Part shown: one piece after another, positions 9,001-17,031 of the stretch
Layout: the number at the start of each line of letters is the position of its first letter
Numbering within the stretch: the first letter of the stretch is position 1
From: Acidobacteriota bacterium
GTDB taxonomy: Bacteria > Acidobacteriota > Thermoanaerobaculia > Multivoradales > Multivoraceae
NCBI GenBank assembly: GCA_003388555.1
Contig: QQVD01000057.1
Coordinates: 43,192 to 107,191 of the forward strand
Length of the DNA stretch: 64,000 bases
Reading direction: 5' to 3'
Notes under the pieces: model-generated
Told to the model about the DNA's origin: nothing
Seen by the model: the letters and a program-made list of their open reading frames with translations, nothing else
Database searches by the model: none
Translations under genes and position numbers: made by a program

Positions 9001-9399
9001 GGTCTCGAGCTCTCGAGTGCCGGCACGGTGCTCTCAGAGCCGCTTCCCTGCGATACCGAGGGCGACCGCTTCTGTCTCGGCACGGACGACCGGTTCGAAG
9101 TCGCGGTGACATGGACGGACTTTGCAGGCGGTTCCGGGACGGGGAAGGGAAGGCCCCTCTCCGAGGACACCGTCGCTGTCTGGTTCTTCGATCCCGACAA
9201 GCTCGAGCTCGCTCTCAAGGTCGTCGACGGCGCGTCGATCAACGACAGGTTCTGGTTCTTCTCCGGCTCCCTCTCCAATACGGAGTACACCATCACTGTG
9301 CGGGACACCATCACCGGTGTGATGAGGACCTACACGAACGAGCTCGGCGTGTTCGGTAGCGTCGCCGACATCGACGCCTTCCCGGTGTCGCTCGACTGA
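6055..9399 (+). CDS. Secreted ELWxxDGT-repeat protein (1114 aa) with two tandem ~115-aa C-terminal domains.
   Basis: Signal peptide MGLRAQWLALLWSSVGVWSTATSAVSAQQ. More than 10 degenerate repeats carry LW(S/R/A)TDGT..GT (LWSTAGT, LYRTDGTLPGT, LWATDGTERGTERI, LWRTDGTPGGT, LLTDGTGGGT, ELWSLSDGAS). I recall the ELWxxDGT repeat family (TIGR04534). The two C-terminal domains share C..DRF.V.V.W...FWFF..E...KVVDG...N.F..F.G.L...EY..TV.D..SG..R.Y.N..G..S..D..AF. Confidence 0.85.
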   Translation: MGLRAQWLALLWSSVGVWSTATSAVSAQQARLEWNLNDRVVQQSSEVVDYHRVGDFVVFFQRKDQFDGDVDSLTLWSTAGTTSTTKRIAGFDVDFAEVCGDRAGLLLFRAGGGLYRTDGTLPGTFRLLQDATCSSVRRVDGGWVFVVPGGVWSAPDLDSHPVRSVSLSGVGPSSASAHWLGRNVFTTVVNGRGDLWATDGTERGTERIAMNAGRPFVAGDRVVFVRASSDVTADLWSTTGDETAEIRLTEQSSLTGIAVVGAANDLVFFRAFGIDGEELWRTDGTPGGTIRLTDFDSARPFPLQDSSGQLFVAFEDRLIFASEDAASSGEVTLFSTDGVGSPAHLGSTSRGRFESRRLPASLALFVGERVLLTDGTGGGTRVLEPGARVGGIVSSGGEVLFWLEHVDGFRLMSLSENAQLGELFTITSPRREGLFSFARLGSRVLLSRELDGYGFEPSVIELGDSPPRLTTLIDLEGAEYGSLPHNLVAFEDRLLFRAYSGPAGLRQFRLAGDGSPPRELFGPVFGCGNVYGSDVRLFVVCRDEVHVIGPGLAHLATVDLSITLSGFRPQLLATDEGLFWRSDELIVVTNEGELRSFDLPAGSSGINELIPVGSEMLARSASAGMPVLYHLDVAQGVASEIVAGVAGLSRTQFGIRELAGFIWFGFDEKIWRLDPETLEAVDMTAADPRLFGATLVVSVGEVILLWRPDGLSGELLLWDPEAGQIDSLGPSPGLPPGDRFSHAAADAAYFTLATAQGHTVWYLEQGGVPLPVVGLPAPEDWGATPGTVLSALGTELLTLPSGEYGREIWRLDRGRASLVKDFYPGPITGVGGEIVSALGKVYFAADDGLFGEELWSLSDGASPCHEDDSRAACLAGDRFALEVVYRLRPDEGWRRAVASALTEETATFWFFEEENVEVLAKVVDGTAFNGFHWLFVGALTSLDYVLTVADLESGRSRRLHNLGGQVTSMGDVEALSDAVTVPGLELSSAGTVLSEPLPCDTEGDRFCLGTDDRFEVAVTWTDFAGGSGTGKGRPLSEDTVAVWFFDPDKLELALKVVDGASINDRFWFFSGSLSNTEYTITVRDTITGVMRTYTNELGVFGSVADIDAFPVSLD

Positions 9400-9513
9400 C
9401 GCGCTCGAACCTTGCCCGGTGGCGGAGCGACTCGCGCTGCCGGCCGGGCGACACTGCCGCGTTCTCACCCCTCGCGAGCACGGCTTCGCTCTCGCCATCT
9501 GAGGATCCGTCCC

Positions 9514-10986
9514 ATGCGCCACGCACCACGAACGAGTCGAAGGAGAGCCGCGCTGACGATCCTGATCGTCAGTGTCGTTCTCAGCCTCGTCCTTCCGGCC
9601 ACGATGATCGGTCAGGTTGGATCCGATGGAAGCTCCGACGACCTGATCTTCATCCTCGACGCCTCCGGTTCGATGTGGGGTCAGGTGAAGGGCAAGAACA
9701 AGATCGTCATCGCACGCGAGACCTTCGCCGAGCTGGTCGGCGAGCTCGACGCGCGGAGGCGGGTGGGCCTGGTCGCCTACGGTCATCGACGCGAGGGTGA
9801 CTGCTCCGACATCGAGAGGTTGGTCGAGGTGTCGCCGCTCGATCGCGAGCGCCTGGTGGCGACGGTGAATGCGGTCCAGCCCAAGGGCATGACGCCGCTC
9901 GCGGCATCGATCGGCCAGGCCCTCGATCAGGTTCGTCAGGCAGACCGTCCGACGACGGTGGTGCTGCTCACCGACGGCCTCGAGACCTGTGACGCGGACC
10001 CCTGCGCGACGGTGCGCACCGCCAGGGAAGCGGGACTGCCGTTCCTGCTGCACGTCATCGGTTTCGACGTCGCCGAGGACGACGCGGTGCAGCTCGCCTG
10101 TACGGCGCAGGCGTCCGGCGGCCTGTTCCTGCCGGCCGGAGATCAGGAGCAGCTCGCCGCGGCGCTCGCCAGCGCGGTGCAGACGACGGTGGGCGAGGCC
10201 ACCGCGGCTCTGGTGGTCGGCGCGCGGGCCAACGACGCCCTGCAGGACGTCGCCGTGTCGGTGGAACGCCAGGGCGACGCTTCTGTGGCCGACGTCAGCG
10301 CCCGCACCTACGAGGACGCAGCGACGAACCCGGTGCGCGTGCCGCTGGCCGCCGGGCGCTACGAGGCGACGGTGCGTGCCGTCGGTCTCGAGGGTGACGT
10401 CGAGCGGAGCTTCGCGTTCGAGCTCGCCGAAGGCGAGACGGTCGAGCGTTCCTTCGACTTCAGCACCGGCTCGCTTGCCGTCGAGGTGCGTCGCGACAGC
10501 GAGCTCGGCGACGCCACGGTGAGCGTGCGCCTCGCAGGTGGCGGCGACGAGGTGGCCCGCGGCCGCACCTACACCCGAAGCCAGACCAACCCGCTGCCCT
10601 TCGAGCTCACCGCCGGCACCTACGACGTCGTCGTCGAGTCGGTGGAGATCGCCGGGACGCCGAGCCATACCTTCCCGGGGGTTGCGATCGACGCCGGCAG
10701 CAGCGCCACCCTCCGGCACGCCTTCGAGAGCGCGGTGCTGCGCGTCGGCGTCGAGCGCGACGGCGAGCTCGTCGACGCGGTGATCCGGGTGCTGGCGCAG
10801 GACGGCCGGGAGATCGACCGGGCGCGCTCCTACACCAGGGCCAACAGCAACCCGGCCGAGTTCCGGCTCGTCCCGGGCAGCTACACCGTGCGGGTCCAGG
10901 AGGTGCGCGGCGCGCAAGCGGAGGAGATGGTGCGGGTGGAGCTCGTGGCGGGCGCCGAGAGTCTGCAGACGGTGCAGTTGCAGTAG
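9514..10986 (+). CDS. Secreted von Willebrand factor A (VWA) domain protein followed by three ~95-aa internal repeats.
   Basis: GAGGA lies 8 nt upstream of the ATG. Signal or anchor ALTILIVSVVLSLVLPATMIG. MIDAS motif DLIFILDASGSMWG, with TDGLETCDADP later. Three repeats share (A/G)R(T/S)Y(E/T)....NP..(V/F).L..G.Y...V..V. Confidence 0.8.
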   Translation: MRHAPRTSRRRAALTILIVSVVLSLVLPATMIGQVGSDGSSDDLIFILDASGSMWGQVKGKNKIVIARETFAELVGELDARRRVGLVAYGHRREGDCSDIERLVEVSPLDRERLVATVNAVQPKGMTPLAASIGQALDQVRQADRPTTVVLLTDGLETCDADPCATVRTAREAGLPFLLHVIGFDVAEDDAVQLACTAQASGGLFLPAGDQEQLAAALASAVQTTVGEATAALVVGARANDALQDVAVSVERQGDASVADVSARTYEDAATNPVRVPLAAGRYEATVRAVGLEGDVERSFAFELAEGETVERSFDFSTGSLAVEVRRDSELGDATVSVRLAGGGDEVARGRTYTRSQTNPLPFELTAGTYDVVVESVEIAGTPSHTFPGVAIDAGSSATLRHAFESAVLRVGVERDGELVDAVIRVLAQDGREIDRARSYTRANSNPAEFRLVPGSYTVRVQEVRGAQAEEMVRVELVAGAESLQTVQLQ

Positions 10987-11013
10987 TGGAGTGGAGTCGG
11001 ACTGGAGGATCCG

Positions 11014-11418
11014 ATGCCGCTCGTCCTGGGCAGTCACACGTCAGCGCCCGACATCGTAGACGAGCCCTACGCCTGGCTCTATCCAGAGGTCTGTGAGTAC
11101 CTGCTCTCTCTGCGAGACACGGACTTCGCGGACGATCTGCGGTTGATCCGTGAGATCGCGTCGGCGGATCCGTACGGCCGGCTCAGATTCCCGGCTTCGG
11201 ATGCGCTGCGTCTCGAAGAGGAGGCGAAGAGGCTCGGGGGCCTCGCACGACAGCGTGGGGAGTTGCCCGAGCCGCCGGCGTCGGTCGGTGTGGAAGAGCT
11301 CGGTGATCCCGGCGAGCGATTCGGTTGGTCAGGTCTCGCCGGCCTTGCCCGGGCTCTCGAATCCGTCGGCGCGTGCGAACGATCGAAGACGGCGGGGCTC
11401 CTCCTGGTCGGGGACTGA
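11014..11418 (+). CDS. Hypothetical protein (134 aa).
   Basis: GGAGG lies 6 nt upstream of the ATG. Composition is acidic and protein-like (DIVDEPYAWLYPEVCEYLLSL). I recognise no family. Confidence 0.35.
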   Translation: MPLVLGSHTSAPDIVDEPYAWLYPEVCEYLLSLRDTDFADDLRLIREIASADPYGRLRFPASDALRLEEEAKRLGGLARQRGELPEPPASVGVEELGDPGERFGWSGLAGLARALESVGACERSKTAGLLLVGD

Positions 11419-11568
11419 CCGCCTGTCGCCCGCCGCGGTTGGAGGGTTCGGTATCGGCGCGTCAGGCGAAACCCGCCGGCAGCGTTCTTCCCTCTGACGG
11501 CACGCGCTTCGCGGGAGGTGGTCTCCCGTGGAGCGTCGTGACGCCGCAGTGAAGAGGGGAGCGCAGCT

Positions 11569-13233
11569 ATGCTGGCGCGAGTGCTCGCCGCGACGCCCTG
11601 GGGCATCGAGGCGCAGAAAGTGGAGATCGAGGCCCACGTGCACTCGGGCCTGCCGCGGACGCAGCTGGTGGGCCTGCCGGACGCCGCGATCAAGGAGGCC
11701 CGCGATCGCGTGATCTCGGCGATCGCGAACACCGGCTTCAAGCTGCAGCAGCAGACGCGGGTGATCAACCTGGCGCCGGCCGACCTGCGCAAGGAGGGCA
11801 ACCAGCTCGACCTGGGGATCGCCCTCGCTCTGCTCGCGGCGTATGGCCACGTGCGTCCGAAGATGCTCGGCGGACGTCTGATCTGCGGCGAGCTGGGCCT
11901 CGACGGGGCGGTGCGGCCGGTGCGTGGCGCGCTGGCCATCGCCGATCTGGCGCGTCATCTGCGGGTGCGCGAGCTGCTGTTGCCTCGGCAGTGCGCGCGT
12001 CAGGCGGCGGCGCTTCGTGGAGTGAAGGTGATTCCGGTCTCGACGCTGGCCGATGCGATCGCCCACGTCGAGGGCAGGGAGGTGATCTCACCGCATCCGA
12101 GGCTGCGGTTCCGGGCCGACGGCGAGGGGGCGGAACAGGGCGACTCGGGTGGAACTGCTGCCGGCGAGTCGTTCCGTGGCACCAGCCTAGGCCGCATCGT
12201 CGACCTCGCCGACGTCTGTGGCCAGGCGACCGCCAAGCGGGCGCTCGAGATCGCCGCGGTCGGCGGCCACAACGTGCTCTTCGTCGGGCCGCCGGGCAGC
12301 GGCAAGACGCTGCTCGCGCAGACCCTGCCAGGGCTGCTGCCGCCGCTCACCGAGAGCGAGGCGCTGCTGGTCACCAAGGTGCACTCGCTGAGCGCCGCGC
12401 GCCCGCCGCAGGGTTTGATCACCCGGCGGCCGTTTCGGGCGCCGCACCACTCGATCTCGACTCCGGGCCTGATCGGCGGCGGCAGCGTGCCACGTCCGGG
12501 CGAGGTGAGCCTGGCGCACGCCGGCGTGCTCTTCCTCGACGAGCTGCCCGAGTTCCGCAAGGACGCCCTCGAGACACTGCGGCAGCCGCTGGAGAGCGGC
12601 GTCGTCGACATCGCGCGGGCGCAGTCGCGCTTCCGTTTCCCGGCCAGGTTCCAACTCCTCGCGGCGATGAACCCATGCCGCTGCGGCTACCACGGCGATC
12701 CCCGGCGCGACTGCCGCTGCCCGCCGGGCGACGTGGCCCGCTACTGCAGCCGCATCTCCGGTCCGCTGCTCGATCGCATCGACCTGCAGGTGAGCGTTCC
12801 CGCGGTCAAGCTGCAGGACCTCGGTGAGCCCGACGGAGAGGCGAGCGCCGTGGTGCGGCAGCGGGTGCTGGCGGCGCGCGAGCTGCGCCGCTCCCGGGTC
12901 GCCGAATCGAGTAGCGTGAGCCGAGGACCAGCGGCGCGGGAGGCAACCGGGGAGAGTGAGCTCGGCGCCACCGTGACCGAGCTGCTGGCCGATCCTCGCC
13001 TCGACGTGCGGGCACGCCGCGCGGCCGAGAAGGCCTACGAGCGCTTCCGGTTGTCGGCGCGCGCCGTCGCCCGGGTGCTGCGCACCGCGCGCACCATCGC
13101 GGATCTGGCGGCCAGCGAGAGCGTGCAGGTGGTGCACGTCACCGAGGCGATCCAGTACCGCATGCAGGGGGTGGCGGAGGAGGGAGGGGGAGTGGGGAAG
13201 GCCGGGATGGAGGCGGGTGGATTCCTGGGCTGA
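11569..13233 (+). CDS. yifB: YifB/ComM family Mg-chelatase-like AAA+ ATPase.
   Basis: The N-terminal Lon-protease-like subdomain reads INLAPADLRKEGNQLDLGIALALL. Walker A is VGPPGSGKTLLAQ, followed by the typical ComM C-terminal region. My recognition of the family is strong. Confidence 0.9.
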   Translation: MLARVLAATPWGIEAQKVEIEAHVHSGLPRTQLVGLPDAAIKEARDRVISAIANTGFKLQQQTRVINLAPADLRKEGNQLDLGIALALLAAYGHVRPKMLGGRLICGELGLDGAVRPVRGALAIADLARHLRVRELLLPRQCARQAAALRGVKVIPVSTLADAIAHVEGREVISPHPRLRFRADGEGAEQGDSGGTAAGESFRGTSLGRIVDLADVCGQATAKRALEIAAVGGHNVLFVGPPGSGKTLLAQTLPGLLPPLTESEALLVTKVHSLSAARPPQGLITRRPFRAPHHSISTPGLIGGGSVPRPGEVSLAHAGVLFLDELPEFRKDALETLRQPLESGVVDIARAQSRFRFPARFQLLAAMNPCRCGYHGDPRRDCRCPPGDVARYCSRISGPLLDRIDLQVSVPAVKLQDLGEPDGEASAVVRQRVLAARELRRSRVAESSSVSRGPAAREATGESELGATVTELLADPRLDVRARRAAEKAYERFRLSARAVARVLRTARTIADLAASESVQVVHVTEAIQYRMQGVAEEGGGVGKAGMEAGGFLG

Positions 13234-13279
13234 TGAGTTTGAAGTGGACGTTTCTTCTTTCCACCGTGACCGTGGCGGC

Positions 13280-13459
13280 ATGGCGAAGCACGTGCCAGCC
13301 ACCGAGTTCAAGCAGACCTGCCTGCGCCTCCTCGACACCGTCGGACCTGAGGGCATCGTGATCACCAAACACGGAAAGCCGGTGGCGAAGCTGATCCCGA
13401 TTCCGCACACTTCTGCCCGCGAGCGTCGCTGGCCGGTCAGAGTCGGCGGAGGTCCTTGA
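13280..13459 (+). CDS. Phd/YefM-type antitoxin-fold protein (short, ~59 aa). No partner toxin is adjacent.
   Basis: MAKHVPATEFKQTCLRLLDTVGPEGIVITKHGKPVAKLIP matches the Phd/YefM N-terminal DNA-binding/dimerisation pattern. The ORF track also offers an upstream ATG at 13217, overlapping the yifB end. Confidence 0.45.
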   Translation: MAKHVPATEFKQTCLRLLDTVGPEGIVITKHGKPVAKLIPIPHTSARERRWPVRVGGGP

Positions 13460-13679
13460 CCACGTGCTCGGCGCCGTGGCGCTTGATCCCCAGAGTCAGA
13501 GCCAGCAGTCGGCCGAGCTCACCCTCGGGCCAGCCGTAGCTCTCGAGGGCCATCAGGTACTCCTCCGGCAGGTCGATCAGCGCGCGGCCGCGGTAGCGGC
13601 CGTAGGGCATCGGCTGGTCGACCAGGAGCTCGAGGTCCTCGGGATCGAAACCGAGATCGATGCGCTGACGGGGGTCCAT
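13437..13679 (-). CDS. DUF3820-family small cytoplasmic protein.
   Basis: MPYGRYRGRALIDLPEEYLMALESYGWPEGELGRLL matches the recalled DUF3820 signature (PFGKYKG...LP..YL.WL...GFP.G.LG.LL). Confidence 0.6.
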   Translation of the reverse strand: MDPRQRIDLGFDPEDLELLVDQPMPYGRYRGRALIDLPEEYLMALESYGWPEGELGRLLALTLGIKRHGAEHVVKDLRRL

Positions 13680-13783
13680 CGGTCTCCTGAGCTCGCATGG
13701 TGGTTCGGCACCCGGCGACGCCGCCGGCGCTCGGGCATCTGTTCGCAGTGCGTGCCAACAGCTCCAGCGGGTACGATCACGTC

Positions 13784-14578
13784 GTGCGACAGTACCTGGA
13801 TCTGCTGCGCGAGGTGCTCGAGGAGGGCGCGGTCAAGGACGACCGCACCGGCACCGGCACCCGCTCACTGTTCGGCCGCCAGCTGCGCTTCGACCTCGCC
13901 GAGGGCTTCCCGGTGCTGACCACCAAGAAGCTGCATCTGCGCTCGATCATCGTCGAGCTGCTCTGGTTCCTGCGCGGCGAGACCAACGTCGCCTACCTGC
14001 ACGAGCACGGGGTGACGATCTGGGACGAGTGGGCCGATGGGGACGGCGAGCTCGGTCCCGTGTACGGCAAGCAGTGGCGCTCGTGGGATGCGCCGGACGG
14101 GAGCACGATCGACCAGATCGACTGGGTACGAAGCGAGATCCGCCGCAATCCGGACTCTCGGCGGCTGATCGTCTCGGCCTGGAACCCGGCAGAGGTCGAT
14201 CAGATGGCGCTGCCGCCGTGCCACGCGCTCTTCCAGTTCTACGTCGCCAACGGGCGTCTCTCCTGCCAGCTCTACCAGCGCAGCGCCGACCTCTTCCTCG
14301 GCGTGCCGTTCAACATCGCCTCGTACGCTCTGCTGCTGACGTTGATGGCGCGCGACACCGGGCTCGAGCCCGGGGAGTTCGTGCACGCTCTCGGCGACGT
14401 GCACCTCTACAGCAACCACGTCGAGCAGGCACGCGAGCAGCTGACCCGTGCACCGCATCCGCTCCCGCGCCTCGACATCGCCACCGACAACACCGATCTC
14501 TTCGGCTACCGACCGGAGGACTTCGTGCTGGTGGGCTACGAGGCGCATCCGCACATCAAGGCGCCGGTCGCCGTCTGA
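13784..14578 (+). CDS. thyA: Thymidylate synthase.
   Basis: GTG start giving 264 aa. Motifs: [54 protein letters not shown]. The ORF track's ATG at 13697 is a less likely alternative. Confidence 0.95.
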   Translation: MRQYLDLLREVLEEGAVKDDRTGTGTRSLFGRQLRFDLAEGFPVLTTKKLHLRSIIVELLWFLRGETNVAYLHEHGVTIWDEWADGDGELGPVYGKQWRSWDAPDGSTIDQIDWVRSEIRRNPDSRRLIVSAWNPAEVDQMALPPCHALFQFYVANGRLSCQLYQRSADLFLGVPFNIASYALLLTLMARDTGLEPGEFVHALGDVHLYSNHVEQAREQLTRAPHPLPRLDIATDNTDLFGYRPEDFVLVGYEAHPHIKAPVAV

Positions 14579-14603
14579 GCCGGGTCGCGCCCGCAGTCGT
14601 CGG

Positions 14604-16154
14604 TCAGCGCCCGTCGATCACCGCCCGCGCGGTGTTGGCGAGCACCGGATCCGGGTGGTCGGCGAGCGGCCCCCAGAGCTCGCGCACCGCCGGGGAGCGT
14701 GGAGCGTCGTCGACGTAGCCCGACATCTCTTGGCCGAGCTGGCGCAGGAAGCGGTGCGCGGCAGCGACGGCGACCTCGGACCGGGTCGACTCACCGACCA
14801 CGGCGCGACTCGCCGCATCGACGAAGAGCAGGCCGCTCTGCAGGCGGCGCTGGCTGGCGGCCTCCGCCAGTCGGGAGAAGAAGGCGGTCCACTCCTGGTC
14901 GCCGAGGGCGTCGAGTCGTGAGGTGAGACGGCGGGCGAGGGCCGTGGCGAAACGGCTCTCGCCGCGGGCGCTCAGGAGGTCCTGCGCCAACTCTTCGGCC
15001 GACTCTGCGTCGGACGAGGCGGTCCGGACCTCCTCGAGGAGCTCACGCACCGGTGCCAGGAAGGGGGCGTCGATCGAGGTCTCGAGCGTCCAGGGTCGTT
15101 CGACGGAGGGGCGCGCGGCTTCGTCTGCGTCGCCGGACTCCGCGTCGGGTGTGGACACCTCGGACGGGCCGATGGCGGTGAGCACCAGATCCCGAGCCGT
15201 TGCGACGACGGTCGAGACCGGGGCGGGCAACGCGCCGAGCACGGCTGCCCAGAGTGGCGCGGCGACGACGATGCCGACGGCGAAGGGCCAGCGCAGCGCC
15301 GGCGGACGCAGCGGCAGCCCGCGCGCGGCGCGCAGGGTCGCGAAGCCGAAGAAGAACATCGCCAGCATGAGTGCGAGCGGCGCGACGCTCTCGGGCGCCT
15401 CGCCGAGGAGCAGGGTGGGCACCAGTCGGTGGCCTGCCTGGTCCGACGAGTCGGCCGGGCCCGACAACACCGCCACCGTGGCCGGAGCCTCCCCGGGATC
15501 CGTGTCGACCACCTCATAGAGCCGTCGGATCGGGTCGTCGATCTCGTGGAACAGGCCGTCGAAGGCGGTCGGCTGCCCCGCGTCGTCGCCCGGCTCGGCG
15601 AAGGGATCGCTCCACGGCACCTCGTAGGAGAAGGTCGGCGGATTGGAGTCGAGCCACGCTGAGGCGCGCGGTGAGAGCCGCAGGTCGACCCGCGGCGCCG
15701 AGGGCTGGTTCGCCCAAGGCACTCCGTTGTCGGCCAGCCGGCGCAACCAGACGTCGATCGCGCCTTCCGGCAGCCGGCTGAATCGGGCGCACGAGGACTG
15801 ACGGGCATCGGCCTGCACCGGCGGCGACTGGCTCGGAGCGGTGCCGGGCCCGACCTCCATGCAGACCGCGTAGCGCGCCGCGCCCCTCCAGTCGCCGCGG
15901 GTGGCCGACGGCTCGAGGTCGATCTCGAACCAGACCGCGTGCAGCGGCGCCATCTGGTCTCCCTGCAGCGTCGCACGCTCCGACAGCCGCTGCCGCAGCT
16001 CTGTCCAGGTGCTCCAGAGGAAGCCGAGAACGGCCGCGAGGATCGTCAGGTGCACGATGGCCCCGAGCGGTCCGGCGCCACGTGCCAGCGAGCGCCAGGC
16101 GGAGTCCTCCTGGTGGGCGACGCCCTCGCGCATCGGGTGCTCTCGATGCTCCAT
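14604..16154 (-). CDS. Hypothetical membrane protein (516 aa) encoded antisense between thyA and folA.
   Basis: Composition is protein-like (D/E, W, F, Y rich) with hydrophobic segments (GAIVHLTILAAVLGFLW, LALMLAMFFFGFATL, FAVGIVVAAPLWAAVLGAL). The competing +strand ORFs here are Arg/Pro-rich artifacts. Confidence 0.5.
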   Translation of the reverse strand: MEHREHPMREGVAHQEDSAWRSLARGAGPLGAIVHLTILAAVLGFLWSTWTELRQRLSERATLQGDQMAPLHAVWFEIDLEPSATRGDWRGAARYAVCMEVGPGTAPSQSPPVQADARQSSCARFSRLPEGAIDVWLRRLADNGVPWANQPSAPRVDLRLSPRASAWLDSNPPTFSYEVPWSDPFAEPGDDAGQPTAFDGLFHEIDDPIRRLYEVVDTDPGEAPATVAVLSGPADSSDQAGHRLVPTLLLGEAPESVAPLALMLAMFFFGFATLRAARGLPLRPPALRWPFAVGIVVAAPLWAAVLGALPAPVSTVVATARDLVLTAIGPSEVSTPDAESGDADEAARPSVERPWTLETSIDAPFLAPVRELLEEVRTASSDAESAEELAQDLLSARGESRFATALARRLTSRLDALGDQEWTAFFSRLAEAASQRRLQSGLLFVDAASRAVVGESTRSEVAVAAAHRFLRQLGQEMSGYVDDAPRSPAVRELWGPLADHPDPVLANTARAVIDGR

Positions 16155-16387
16155 GCCGAGATCCTCCCTGCTGACCCTGCAGTTCCGGTCTTCGCCGCGC
16201 GAGGACCCGGAGCGACCGAACGGGTGCAGCGATCCTACGACCTCGTGATCGGGCAGGCGTTGCAGGCGCTGTGGCAGGCTCTGGAGGCGTCGCGGCGGAG
16301 CCTGAGGGTGGCTACGTGCGGTCGCCGACGTCGCATCGTCAGGGTCGTAGCGGCCCTGAGTCAGATCACCACTGCCGAGGAGTCGCC

Positions 16388-16975
16388 TTGCCGAGCCGTC
16401 ACCAGGAAACGCCTTACAGCGCGCCTCCGATCGAGCTGGTCGCGGCGGTGGCGCGCAACCGGGTCATCGGGCGCGAGGGCGACCTGCCGTGGCGCCTCGC
16501 CGACGATCTGCGCCGCTTCCGCCAGCTCACCACCGGGCACGTGCTGCTGGCCGGTCGGCGCACCTGGGAGTCGATTGGTCGCCCACTGCCCGAGCGCCAC
16601 ATGCTGGTGCTGTCCCGCGGCGGCGCGCGCGCCGCGTCGCTCGAGGGCCCGGGCCGCGAGCACCTCGACACTCTCGACCGGCTCGCCGAGCGCGCAGCTG
16701 CGGCGGCCGCGCGCACGGGGCTGTCCGCCGATCCGATCTACTGCATCGGCGGCGCCCAGGTGTACGCCCTTCTGCTGCCGCGGGCCAGGCGCCTGCACCT
16801 GACCTGGGTCGAGGCCGAGGTCGCAGGCGACGAACGCTTTCCGGAGGTCGACTGGAACCACTGGCGCGAAGTCGCCTGCAGCACCCACGTCGCCGACGAG
16901 CGCAACGAGCACGCGACGACCCACTGCGTCTACGAGAGGCTGGGTGAGGTCGAGCGCGGGCCTGACGGCGGCTGA
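16388..16975 (+). CDS. folA: Dihydrofolate reductase.
   Basis: IELVAAVARNRVIGREGDLPWRLADDLRRFRQLTTGHVLLAGRRTWESIG. A possible TTG start at 16388 has GAGGAG 7 nt upstream. The in-frame ATG at 16271 would add a 39-aa extension. Confidence 0.85.
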   Translation: MPSRHQETPYSAPPIELVAAVARNRVIGREGDLPWRLADDLRRFRQLTTGHVLLAGRRTWESIGRPLPERHMLVLSRGGARAASLEGPGREHLDTLDRLAERAAAAAARTGLSADPIYCIGGAQVYALLLPRARRLHLTWVEAEVAGDERFPEVDWNHWREVACSTHVADERNEHATTHCVYERLGEVERGPDGG

Positions 16976-17031
16976 GCGGCAGCGCCCCGGGAGTTTGCCT
17001 GCCAGTGTGCGCAGCCCGTGAGAGCCCGGCG

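Noticed and set aside
9514-13233. Possible functional pairing of the VWA protein with the YifB/ComM ChlI-like AAA+ ATPase, by analogy to ChlI-ChlD or MoxR-VWA pairs.
   Set aside because: The VWA protein has a signal peptide and is extracellular, while YifB is cytoplasmic. A hypothetical gene lies between them. YifB/ComM is a conserved stand-alone housekeeping gene. The adjacency is probably coincidental.
16271-16387. ATG at 16271 as the folA start, giving a 39-aa N-terminal extension.
   Set aside because: The extension (MAGSGGVAAEPEGGYVRSPTSHRQGRSGPESDHHCRGVALPSRHQ) is low-complexity and unlike DHFR N-termini. A TTG at 16388 with GAGGAG 7 nt upstream places the start right before the conserved IELVAAVARNRVIG. 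I kept this as an uncertainty rather than a call.
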